Source: Candidatus Omnitrophota bacterium (GTDB taxonomy: Bacteria; Omnitrophota; Gorgyraeia; Gygaellales; Profunditerraquicolaceae). Taken from it: a DNA stretch of 64,000 bases. The stretch lies in NCBI GenBank assembly GCA_028716245.1, contig JAQUQW010000002.1, positions 421,346 to 485,345 of the forward strand. Direction: 5' to 3'. A model generated the notes under the pieces. It worked only from the letters and a program-made list of their open reading frames with translations, was not told the origin of the DNA and did no database searches. Positions 9,372 through 17,409 of the stretch are shown here, one piece after another. Each line of letters begins with the position of its first letter. Positions within the stretch are counted from its first letter, which is position 1. Made by a program: the position numbers and the translations under genes.

Positions 9372-10718
9372 ATGATAATGGTGCACACGCAAAATGGCAT
9401 GCATGCGATGAATTTTGTATGCTTCCTTACCTTCTTGACCTTTATTTTCATATTCGGCCTGATAATTTGGGAAAAAATCCCCCGAATGTACCTGGCGCTA
9501 TGCGGGGCAGTCCTGGTTGTTGCTTTGGGCGTTTTTGATGTCAAGGAAGCCATAAACACGGTAAGTTGGGAAACGATCGGTTTTTTGCTGGGGATGTTCC
9601 TGCTTGTAGAGATACTTGTTGAAGCGGGTTTTTTCCGTTGGGTAGCATTGGTTCTGGCCGGAAAGCTCAATTACCAGCCGATTAAAATACTCATATTTTT
9701 TCCTCTATTGTCCTTTGGATTATCCGCGTTTATTAATTCCATAACCGTCATGGTTTTTTTGACGGTAGTTACTTTTGAGTTGAGCAGATTGCTTAAATTC
9801 GATCCTGTGCCGGTAGTAATAAGCGAGGTAGTGTTGGCCAATATCGGCGGGGCGGCTACCCTGGTCGGAGATCCTCCGAATGTCATCTTAGGGACAGTGC
9901 TCGGTTTTAATTTCAATGATTTTCTCGTTCACAACGGGCCCATAGCTGTACTTTCTGCCCTGGTTGCCATAGGCGTGAGTTTTTTGATGAATAAAAAAGC
10001 ATTTTCACAGTTGCACCCCGAGGCAGATTTAGAGGGAATAAAAAATATCCAGCCGCGTTCCCAGATAAAAGATAAGTTTCTGCTTAAAATCGGCTTGATC
10101 GGAATGGCCGTGGCATTGATTTTTCTTATCGGCAGGCCCTTATTTGAAAAATTCGGTATTCCGATGTATGTTTCGACTTCTTCGCTGCTTCCGGCATTCC
10201 TCATTCTTACCTTTGGCGGAAAAAGGATTTATAAACACCATTTTATGCGCCGGATTGATGCTGAAACCATTATGTTTTTTATTGGTTTGTTTATCATTAT
10301 CGGCGCTTTAGAGAAAAGATTCATTATCCAGATGGCGGCAAACTTTCTTGGCGAAATATTTAAAACTCCCCTGGGTTTTATAAGTTCGACCTTTTGGGGT
10401 TCAGCGATAATTTCGGCGTTTGTGGATAATGTGCCTTTGGCCATGGCCATGACTTATATAATAAAACAGAGCGTGGCTGCAAAAATAATCCCGGGGGCCG
10501 GTATTATGGTTTGGGCAACCAGCCTGGGTGTGGATTTAGGAGGCAATCTTACCCCCATAGGCGCCTCGGCAAATGTGGTGGCGTATTCTTCTTTAGAAAA
10601 AAATGAGATTAAAGTCGGCTGGGGGAGGTGGTTAAAATTAGCGCTTCCGCAGGGTTTGGCGGCGCTTGCCGTAAGTTATCTAGGTATTTTACTTAAATTA
10701 CACTTAAAGTTTTTTTAA
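9372..10718 (+). CDS. Ion-transporter superfamily permease (ArsB/NhaD/CitMHS-like)
   Basis: About 12 TM segments, an internal repeat structure, and motifs 'GDPPNVILG' and 'GGNLTPIGASANVV' typical of ArsB/NhaD-fold permeases. Substrate unknown. Confidence 0.55.
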   Translation: MIMVHTQNGMHAMNFVCFLTFLTFIFIFGLIIWEKIPRMYLALCGAVLVVALGVFDVKEAINTVSWETIGFLLGMFLLVEILVEAGFFRWVALVLAGKLNYQPIKILIFFPLLSFGLSAFINSITVMVFLTVVTFELSRLLKFDPVPVVISEVVLANIGGAATLVGDPPNVILGTVLGFNFNDFLVHNGPIAVLSALVAIGVSFLMNKKAFSQLHPEADLEGIKNIQPRSQIKDKFLLKIGLIGMAVALIFLIGRPLFEKFGIPMYVSTSSLLPAFLILTFGGKRIYKHHFMRRIDAETIMFFIGLFIIIGALEKRFIIQMAANFLGEIFKTPLGFISSTFWGSAIISAFVDNVPLAMAMTYIIKQSVAAKIIPGAGIMVWATSLGVDLGGNLTPIGASANVVAYSSLEKNEIKVGWGRWLKLALPQGLAALAVSYLGILLKLHLKFF

Positions 10719-10758
10719 TGGCGGTATAGGTATTAACAAAAGTGAAAGGAGAGCTAAA

Positions 10759-11151
10759 ATGGTTAAGGCAATATTTTTGTTTTTGATTATGGGGACGTTT
10801 GTTTTTGGAATGAGTAGATTATCTTTGGCGATGAACTGTGGAGAGCATAGCGAACATATGCAGGTTGCTCAGACAAGTAGCAGCGAGCATAATCATGAAA
10901 CGATGGCCAAGCAGGAGGTTTCAGCTCAAGACCTGCCTCAGGAGGCTGTCAATGTGGGTAATAAAATTTGCCCGGTTTCCGGAGAAAAGGTTAGCCAGGG
11001 AGGAATGCAATCAGCAACCTATGAATATAAAGGGAAAATTTATAATTTCTGTTGTGCCGCCTGTATCGAGGATTTCAAAAAAGATCCGCAGAAATACATC
11101 AAAAAAGTAGAGCAGGAATTACAGGGAATGCATCAAGGCCATCAGCATTGA
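10759..11151 (+). CDS. Secreted YHS-domain metal-binding protein with His-rich segments
   Basis: Signal peptide. The YHS-type motif 'NKICPVSGEKV...YEYKGKIYNFCCAACIEDFKKDPQKY' is present, flanked by His-rich stretches 'SEHNHETM' and 'MHQGHQH'. Confidence 0.7.
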   Translation: MVKAIFLFLIMGTFVFGMSRLSLAMNCGEHSEHMQVAQTSSSEHNHETMAKQEVSAQDLPQEAVNVGNKICPVSGEKVSQGGMQSATYEYKGKIYNFCCAACIEDFKKDPQKYIKKVEQELQGMHQGHQH

Positions 11152-11180
11152 AAATTTAAATCATAAGAAGGGAGTTTTAG

Positions 11181-11894
11181 ATGCAGATTTATCCTAGAAG
11201 ATATTTGGTTATTTTTTTATTTTTTTGTTTAACATTTTTTTCGCATATAGGATTGGCCCAGAGCGCCACCGATTTAAAGGCGGAAATTTATCCTAAACTC
11301 AGGGATAAGCGCTGCCCGACGATGACCCTTGCTCAATGCGATTGTCCTGATGCCAGGGAAATGAAGGCCTATATCGATGCGCTTATAGAGACAGGCATAA
11401 GTAAGGATGAAATTTTTTACAGAGTGGCAAAAAAATTTACTCTGAATACGATACTGGATGAACAGATCAGGCAGGTTGTAGAGAAAAGGCTGGTTAAGGA
11501 GACTGGTGAAAAACGGCCGCAGATAGTTTTAGAGGACTCTTCTTTTAATTTCGGTAAAGTAAGCAAAAAGCAGGGAAAACTTACTAAAAATATCAAGTTG
11601 TTTAACCGGGGCAATTCGGATCTGGCTATTGAAAATATAAAAGTTTCCTGCAGCTGCGTAACCGCCGCATTAACCGTGGGCAAAGATAAAAGCCCTTATT
11701 TCGGCAGCCAGGGAGCGCCAGCCGGCTGGCAGATGGTTATTGGCGCGGATAAAGGCGGCGAATTAGAGGTCATCCTTGATTTAGCCCATCCGTCAATAAG
11801 TAACGGAAAGGTAATCCGGGATGTCTTTATCAGCAGCAACGACCCTCTTTATCCCGAAAGTACGCTGAGAATCGAAGCAGAACTAAGCGACTAA
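11181..11894 (+). CDS. Secreted DUF1573-domain protein with N-terminal Cys-rich helical module
   Basis: Signal peptide. The C-terminal 'FNFGKVSKKQGKLTKNIKLFNRGNSDLAIENIKVSCSCV' matches the DUF1573 Ig-like domain with its CxC. The N-terminus 'LRDKRCPTMTLAQCDCPDAREMKAYIDALIETGISKDEI' is reminiscent of CcmH/NrfF-type modules. Confidence 0.6.
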   Translation: MQIYPRRYLVIFLFFCLTFFSHIGLAQSATDLKAEIYPKLRDKRCPTMTLAQCDCPDAREMKAYIDALIETGISKDEIFYRVAKKFTLNTILDEQIRQVVEKRLVKETGEKRPQIVLEDSSFNFGKVSKKQGKLTKNIKLFNRGNSDLAIENIKVSCSCVTAALTVGKDKSPYFGSQGAPAGWQMVIGADKGGELEVILDLAHPSISNGKVIRDVFISSNDPLYPESTLRIEAELSD

Positions 11895-11912
11895 GATCTT
11901 ATCAAAATAAAA

Positions 11913-14138
11913 ATGGAAAAAATTACTCTTAATATTACCGGTATGCACTGTGCCTCGTGCGCAAGTAATATCGAAGCTGCCTTAAAAAGGTTTCCCGGGG
12001 TTTTTAGCGCCCGGGTTAATTTTGCTACAGAGAAGGCCTATATTGAATTCGAACCTCGAAAATTAAAGCTAGCGGATTTAATCAGAACGGTTGAAAAATC
12101 GGGATATAAGGCCTCTTTACCCGGACTATCCCCGGATAGAGAAAAAGAAATAAGGGAGAGGGAAGTAAGGAGCCTAAAAATAAAATTTATACTTTCGATA
12201 ACCTTATCCAGCATATTGATGTATATTGCCATGGGGCCATGTATAGGATTAGGTATCCATAAAACTATCATGGATAATATGGCCCTTATTCAATTCTTAT
12301 TGGCAAGCGGGGTCTTAATCTGCGGGTATCAGTTTTTTGCGCGCGGGATCTTTTCGCTGGTAAGGATTCATCGGGCGAATATGGATACACTGGTAGCTTT
12401 AGGCGTAGGCAGCGCCTATCTGTATAGTTTATTTGTCAGTATTAACATCTGGCTGGGCAATAAATCCTTTGGGATGAGAAATCTTTATTATGAGGTGGCT
12501 GCATTCCTGCTTACCTTTGTTCTATTGGGCAAGTATTTAGAGGCGATTACCAAGAGGAAAACTTCGCAAAGCATCAAGCGCTTATGGAATTTACGCCCCA
12601 AGACTGCGATAGTGATGCGTCAGGGGCAAGAAGTGGAAATTCCCGTTGAAGAATTGCTGGTTGGAGATACGGTGGTAGTGAAGCCCGGGCAGAGGATCCC
12701 GGTTGACGGCAAGATTACCGAAGGGTATTCCAGTATTGATGAATCGATGATCACCGGAGAGAGTATCCCCCTAGAGAAGACACTAAATGACAAGGTTATC
12801 GGCGGCTCGATAAACAAATACGGGACTTTTAAGTTCAAAGCCACAAAGGTAGGCAAAGACACTGCCTTGGCCCAGATCATAAAATTAGTTGAAGAGGCTC
12901 AAGGGTCAAAAGCCCCCATACAGGAATTAGCGGATAAGGTTGCCGCCATTTTTGTGCCTATGGTATTAATCATCGCTTTTGCTTCCTTCTTTATTTGGAT
13001 TTTCTTAGGTAAAGGTTTTATTTTCGGTTTAACTACTTTTATCGCGGTGTTAATTATTGCCTGTCCCTGTTCTCTGGGTCTGGCTACTCCCACCGCGGTT
13101 ATGGTGGGAACCGGAAAAGCGGCAGAAAATGGAATAATTATCAAGAACGCGGCCTCTTTACAGATAGCTGCAGAAATCGACAAAATTATTTTTGATAAAA
13201 CCGGAACCCTTACTGAGGGTAAGCCTAAGCTTACAGATATCGTAAGTTATATCGGGAATAAAGATGAGGTGTTAATGCTTGCCGCGTCCTTGGAGAAACC
13301 ATCCGGCCATGTCCTTTCCGATGCTATCGTTGGCGCTGCCAAAGAAAAAGGCATCTCTTTAACGCAGCTGCAGCAGTTTGAAACCATATCCGGCGAAGGG
13401 GTGGTGGGTAAAATTGAAGAGGGCCAAACGATCCTGGCGGGTAACCGCCGGCTTATGCAAGAGAGGGCAATTGATATAAAAATCGCAGCAGGGGATTTAG
13501 ATAGATTAGAGAAGCAGGGAAAGACCATAACCTTGGTTGCCAAAAATGATAGGCTTATCGGCTTAGTGGCAGTAAGGGACACTTTAAAGGAGTTTTCTAA
13601 AACCTTAATTGATAAACTGAAGAGAATGGGTAAGGATGTGATTATGATCACTGGCGACAATAAACGGACTGCCGTGGCAATTGCCAAAGAGATAGGTATT
13701 GAAAAGGTTCTAGCGGAAGTTTTGCCAAAAGACAAATTAGATGAAATTAAGAAATTACAGAACGAGGGTTTTAAAGTTGCTTTTGTGGGAGACGGAATCA
13801 ATGATGCCCCGGCCTTATCTCAAGCTAATTTGGGTATAGCTATCGGAAGCGGTACAGATGTAGCCATTGAATCAGGAGATATTATTTTAATTAAAGACGA
13901 CCTGCGTGATGTAGCAATGGCTATAGATCTATCGGGCTATGCAATGAGAAAGATAAGGCAGAATCTTTTCTGGGCATTCTTTTATAATATAATCGGGATC
14001 CCTATTGCCGCAGGAATACTCTATCCATTTAACGGCCTGCTGCTTAATCCGATGGTGGCCGGGGCGGCGATGGCCTTTAGTTCGGTGTCTGTGGTGTCGA
14101 ATTCCTTATTGATGAATAAATATAAGCCAAAAATGTAG
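11913..14138 (+). CDS. copA: Copper-translocating P1B-type ATPase
   Basis: N-terminal HMA 'GMHCASCASNIE', TM6 'CPC' ('IACPCSLGLATP'), phosphorylation site 'DKTGTLT' and hinge 'GDGINDAP'. Confidence 0.95.
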   Translation: MEKITLNITGMHCASCASNIEAALKRFPGVFSARVNFATEKAYIEFEPRKLKLADLIRTVEKSGYKASLPGLSPDREKEIREREVRSLKIKFILSITLSSILMYIAMGPCIGLGIHKTIMDNMALIQFLLASGVLICGYQFFARGIFSLVRIHRANMDTLVALGVGSAYLYSLFVSINIWLGNKSFGMRNLYYEVAAFLLTFVLLGKYLEAITKRKTSQSIKRLWNLRPKTAIVMRQGQEVEIPVEELLVGDTVVVKPGQRIPVDGKITEGYSSIDESMITGESIPLEKTLNDKVIGGSINKYGTFKFKATKVGKDTALAQIIKLVEEAQGSKAPIQELADKVAAIFVPMVLIIAFASFFIWIFLGKGFIFGLTTFIAVLIIACPCSLGLATPTAVMVGTGKAAENGIIIKNAASLQIAAEIDKIIFDKTGTLTEGKPKLTDIVSYIGNKDEVLMLAASLEKPSGHVLSDAIVGAAKEKGISLTQLQQFETISGEGVVGKIEEGQTILAGNRRLMQERAIDIKIAAGDLDRLEKQGKTITLVAKNDRLIGLVAVRDTLKEFSKTLIDKLKRMGKDVIMITGDNKRTAVAIAKEIGIEKVLAEVLPKDKLDEIKKLQNEGFKVAFVGDGINDAPALSQANLGIAIGSGTDVAIESGDIILIKDDLRDVAMAIDLSGYAMRKIRQNLFWAFFYNIIGIPIAAGILYPFNGLLLNPMVAGAAMAFSSVSVVSNSLLMNKYKPKM

Positions 14139-14159
14139 CGGCCGGCTTATATTTTTTTG

Positions 14160-14187
14160 TTGACAATATATGCAAATTGTATATAAT
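14160..14187 (+). promoter_or_regulatory. Near-consensus sigma70 promoter (TTGACA-N16-TATAAT) in AT-rich leader with short direct repeats
   Basis: 'ttgaca' 14160-14165 and 'tataat' 14182-14187. 'attgtat' is repeated twice. RBS 'aggaag' precedes the ATG at 14237. A short hairpin 'gccggc' plus T-run follows the copA stop. Confidence 0.5.
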
Positions 14188-14236
14188 AATATCTAATTAC
14201 ATATAATTGTATTCAGAAAGTATATAGGAAGCATAT

Positions 14237-15784
14237 ATGAAGATACTGAACAAGAATACGATCAAACTGCTCAAGCTTTTTTATAAGCACCCCGAAAGCC
14301 AGTTTTACATTCAGCAGATCGGCCGGCTCTTGGGGAAGAAGCCCGGGGTATTCCAAAGGACTTTGAACAATCTCTATAAGGACGGTTTGCTTTTAAGCGA
14401 ATATAAGGCCAATGCAAGATTTTTCAGGATTAACAAAAATTATTATATCTATAATGAGCTAAAGAGCATCATCGATAAATCGGTTAAAATATTTTTGATT
14501 ATATTCTTATTCTCTGTCCCGTTTTTATATGCCGCAGAAAATCCGCTTACCTTAAGCCAGGTAATAGAGATCGCCTACAAAAACAACAAGGATATCCGGA
14601 TACAAGAGCAGGAGATCGCCGCCGCCGGAGCCGGTATACTGGGAGCTTCCAGTAATTTCCTGCCGCATCTGGATATTGATGCCGCCTATACGCGCAATGG
14701 AGCGGTTGCCGTTTCTACGGCCCAGGGTAAGAAAGATCCCGGGATATTTACCGGATATAAGAACGATAATTCTTTGGGAGCAAGTTTAAGCCAGATAATT
14801 TATAACGGCGGTTTTAATACCGCTAATCTTAACCAGGCAAAAGTCGCTTTGAATGTCCAGAAAGAAACCCTGCGGGCTAAAAAACTGGATATCGAATTTG
14901 AGGCAAAGCGGCTTTATTACGGTTTGCTGCTGGCTTATGAAACAGAGAGGATTGCTCAGGAGTTGGTAGATAATGCCAAGGATCACTATACGGATGTTAA
15001 AAATAGATATGGGCAGGGGACATCTTCGAAATTTGACCTGCTGCAGTCGGATGTCCAGGCATCTTTGCTTATCCCGGAACTGGTAAAAGCCCGGAATGCG
15101 GTGGATTTGATTAAAGCGGAGCTGAAAAAACTTTTAGCTTTTAAACAACAAGAGGAACTAGAGGTGGCGGATAAACAGCTGCATTATTCTTTACTTAAAA
15201 TCCAGGAGGATGATTTCTTAAAACAGGCTTATCTGAACAAGCCGGAAATGATTTTAAAGTCCCTGGGCATAGATATCAGCCGGTGGTCGATACAAATAGC
15301 AAAATCCGGATGGCTGCCGCAGGTAAACGCCAGTTTAGGCTATGATTATCGTTCAAATGATATAGGAAATATGTTTAATCGCCGGCATAATAATTGGAAT
15401 ACCGGAATTTCCTTATCCATGCCGCTATTTGACGGTTTTTCCACAAAAGCAAAAGTAGATGCTGCCCGGGCCCGCTATAGCCAGGCGCTCCTGACTAAAG
15501 AAAACCTGGTGGATCAGATTGCCGTTAGTGTCCGGCAGGCCTGCCTGGATTTAAAGCAGGCCGAAGCAATCATTAATTCGCAAAAGGATAATGTGGGAAA
15601 AGCAAGAGAGGCCTTAAGAATTGCCAATGTCAGTTATGATAACGGAGAGGCAAAGAACCTTGATGTGCTCGATGCGCAGGTCTCATTGGGCCAGGTGGAA
15701 ACAAATCTTTCACAGGGAATTTACGATTATCTTATGGCAAAAGCAGAACTTGACAGGGTCTTGGGTTTAAGTTTTATTCAGTAA
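14237..15784 (+). CDS. TolC-family outer-membrane efflux protein with an unusual ~80-aa N-terminal winged-helix-like extension
   Basis: Residues ~85-515 are a typical OEP/TolC with two repeats, after a signal-like 'VKIFLIIFLFSVPFLYAAE'. The first 80 aa 'LLKLFYKHPESQFYIQQIGRLLGKKPGVFQRTLNNLYKDGLL' look like a wHTH DNA-binding domain. The ATG at 14237 has a good RBS and no in-frame stop separates the two parts. Confidence 0.75.
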   Translation: MKILNKNTIKLLKLFYKHPESQFYIQQIGRLLGKKPGVFQRTLNNLYKDGLLLSEYKANARFFRINKNYYIYNELKSIIDKSVKIFLIIFLFSVPFLYAAENPLTLSQVIEIAYKNNKDIRIQEQEIAAAGAGILGASSNFLPHLDIDAAYTRNGAVAVSTAQGKKDPGIFTGYKNDNSLGASLSQIIYNGGFNTANLNQAKVALNVQKETLRAKKLDIEFEAKRLYYGLLLAYETERIAQELVDNAKDHYTDVKNRYGQGTSSKFDLLQSDVQASLLIPELVKARNAVDLIKAELKKLLAFKQQEELEVADKQLHYSLLKIQEDDFLKQAYLNKPEMILKSLGIDISRWSIQIAKSGWLPQVNASLGYDYRSNDIGNMFNRRHNNWNTGISLSMPLFDGFSTKAKVDAARARYSQALLTKENLVDQIAVSVRQACLDLKQAEAIINSQKDNVGKAREALRIANVSYDNGEAKNLDVLDAQVSLGQVETNLSQGIYDYLMAKAELDRVLGLSFIQ

Positions 15785-15838
15785 CACCCCGCGCTTATAA
15801 GGAATTGCGCGGGTGTGCCCTTGTGGGCAAAGGAGGCA
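15785..15838 (+). promoter_or_regulatory. Conserved double-hairpin leader motif (copy A) immediately upstream of the RBS
   Basis: 'CACCCCGCGC-ttataaggaatt-GCGCGGGTG' forms hairpin 1 and 'TGCCC-ttgt-GGGCA' forms hairpin 2, followed by 'AAGGAGG'. Related copies are at 22805 and 60605. Confidence 0.4.
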
Positions 15839-15842
15839 GGTA

Positions 15843-16676
15843 ATGAAAATAAAAATTAAACCGGCAGTATTTGTTTTAATTCTTATTCTTGCCGCGGGAA
15901 GTATCGTTGCCTATTTTTGGCAGGTGCGTCATTACAGCCGCGGAAGAATTAAAGTTTCAGGCAATATCGAAGGGGATGATGTCCGGCTTTCCTTTCGCGT
16001 ACAGGGCCAGATTCTGGATCTGCTTAGCGATGAAGGCCAAGTAGTTAAAATAGGCCAGCCGGTAGCCAGGTTAAATACTGATGAGCTGACTAAAATCCGC
16101 GATAATGCCGAAGGCGCGCTGAAAGCGGCGCAATACCAGTATTCGCTGGACAAGCTTGATTATGAACGGGCTGAAAATTTATATAAGGCCGGAGCAATAT
16201 CGATGCAACAAAGGGATGCCGCCAAGACTTTGGCCTCCGCGGATAAAGCGAATATGCAGGCGCTGCGCGCTTCTTTTGAATTAGCTGAAACCAGATTAGG
16301 TTTTGCGGAATTGGTTTCTCCGCTTAATGGTTTTGTGCTGGTCAAAAGCGCTTTAACCGGCGAGGTGGTGCAAATTGGGGCTCCGGTATTTACCGTAATT
16401 GATTTAAACAGCCTCTGGGTTACCGCTTATATCAATGAGACGGATTTAGGCAAAGTAAAACTTAATCAGGAAGCCGAAGTTGTTGCCGATACCTATCCCG
16501 GGAAAAAATACAAAGGAAGAGTTTCTTTTATTTCAAATGAGGCGGAGTTCACGCCGAAAACCATTCAGACCACGGAAGAAAGGGTAAAACTTGTTTATAG
16601 AATAAAAGTTGACGTGGATAATTCAAGCTTGGAGCTTAAACCCGGGATGCCGGCAGACGCCTATATAATCGAATAA
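15843..16676 (+). CDS. HlyD-family periplasmic adaptor (membrane fusion protein) of an ABC-2 exporter
   Basis: N-terminal TM, coiled-coil and 'biotinyl/lipoyl' hairpin 'GQVVKIGQPVARLNT'. RBS 'aaaggagg' precedes the ATG at 15843. The track ORF starting at 15813 is probably an over-extension. Confidence 0.8.
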   Translation: MKIKIKPAVFVLILILAAGSIVAYFWQVRHYSRGRIKVSGNIEGDDVRLSFRVQGQILDLLSDEGQVVKIGQPVARLNTDELTKIRDNAEGALKAAQYQYSLDKLDYERAENLYKAGAISMQQRDAAKTLASADKANMQALRASFELAETRLGFAELVSPLNGFVLVKSALTGEVVQIGAPVFTVIDLNSLWVTAYINETDLGKVKLNQEAEVVADTYPGKKYKGRVSFISNEAEFTPKTIQTTEERVKLVYRIKVDVDNSSLELKPGMPADAYIIE

Positions 16677-16677
16677 A

Positions 16678-17409
16678 ATGATTACCATAAAAGCAAGCGC
16701 TCTTACCAGGAAATTCGGTGACAATACCGCGGTGAACAGCCTGAACCTTGAAATTGAGGAGGGTGAGATCTTCGGGCTGGTCGGGCCGGACGGGGCCGGA
16801 AAGACAACGACTATGCGGCTTTTAACCGGCATACTTGATCCGACTTCCGGGGAAGGCTGGGTTTATAATAAGCACATAGTCAAGGAATCCGAGGCGCTGA
16901 AAGAAAACATTGCTTATATGTCTCAGCGTTTCGGGCTGTATGAGGAATTGACTGTCCTGGAGAACATTAATTTTTATGCCGATGTGTTTTGCATTCCGAA
17001 GAAGGAAAGAGAAGCGGTAATTGAAAGGCTGCTTGGTTTTTCCGGGCTTACTCCGTTTAAACAGAGGCTTGCCGGGAAATTATCCGGCGGCATGAAGCAG
17101 AAACTGGGGCTTTCCTGCGCCTTGATCCATACCCCGAAAGTTTTATTCCTGGATGAGCCGACCAACGGGGTTGACCCGGTTTCCCGCCGGGATTTCTGGA
17201 AAATACTTTATGATTTGCTGAAAGAAAAGGTAACTATTCTTTATTCCACCTCTTACCTTGATGAGGCTGAACGCTGCCGCAGGGTCGGTTTGATCAATAA
17301 AGGCCGCCTGCTTAAATGCGATACCCCGGATAATATTAAAAAAGAATGTAATGTTGCGACACTGGAGCAGGCTTTTATCAAGATCATTAATGATTATGAA
17401 TCCCGGTAA
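16678..17409 (+). CDS. ABC transporter ATP-binding protein (ABC-2 type)
   Basis: Walker A 'GPDGAGKTT', signature 'LSGGMKQKL' and Walker B 'LFLDEPT'. Confidence 0.85.
   Translation: MITIKASALTRKFGDNTAVNSLNLEIEEGEIFGLVGPDGAGKTTTMRLLTGILDPTSGEGWVYNKHIVKESEALKENIAYMSQRFGLYEELTVLENINFYADVFCIPKKEREAVIERLLGFSGLTPFKQRLAGKLSGGMKQKLGLSCALIHTPKVLFLDEPTNGVDPVSRRDFWKILYDLLKEKVTILYSTSYLDEAERCRRVGLINKGRLLKCDTPDNIKKECNVATLEQAFIKIINDYESR

Noticed and set aside
10838-11110. + strand ORF in an alternative frame overlapping the YHS-domain gene
   Set aside because: It overlaps the frame that carries a signal peptide and a recognisable YHS motif, and has no independent RBS.
12038-13801. Multiple minus-strand ORFs inside copA
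   Set aside because: copA motifs (CPC, DKTGT, GDGxNDAP) are unambiguous in the + frame.
15813-15842. N-terminal extensions of track ORFs (15813 'MCPCGQRRQV', 30089, 48020, 52183, 52983, 54552, 62750)
   Set aside because: In each case an internal ATG with a good RBS coincides with the conserved protein N-terminus and removes overlap with the upstream gene, so the extensions are ORF-finder artefacts.
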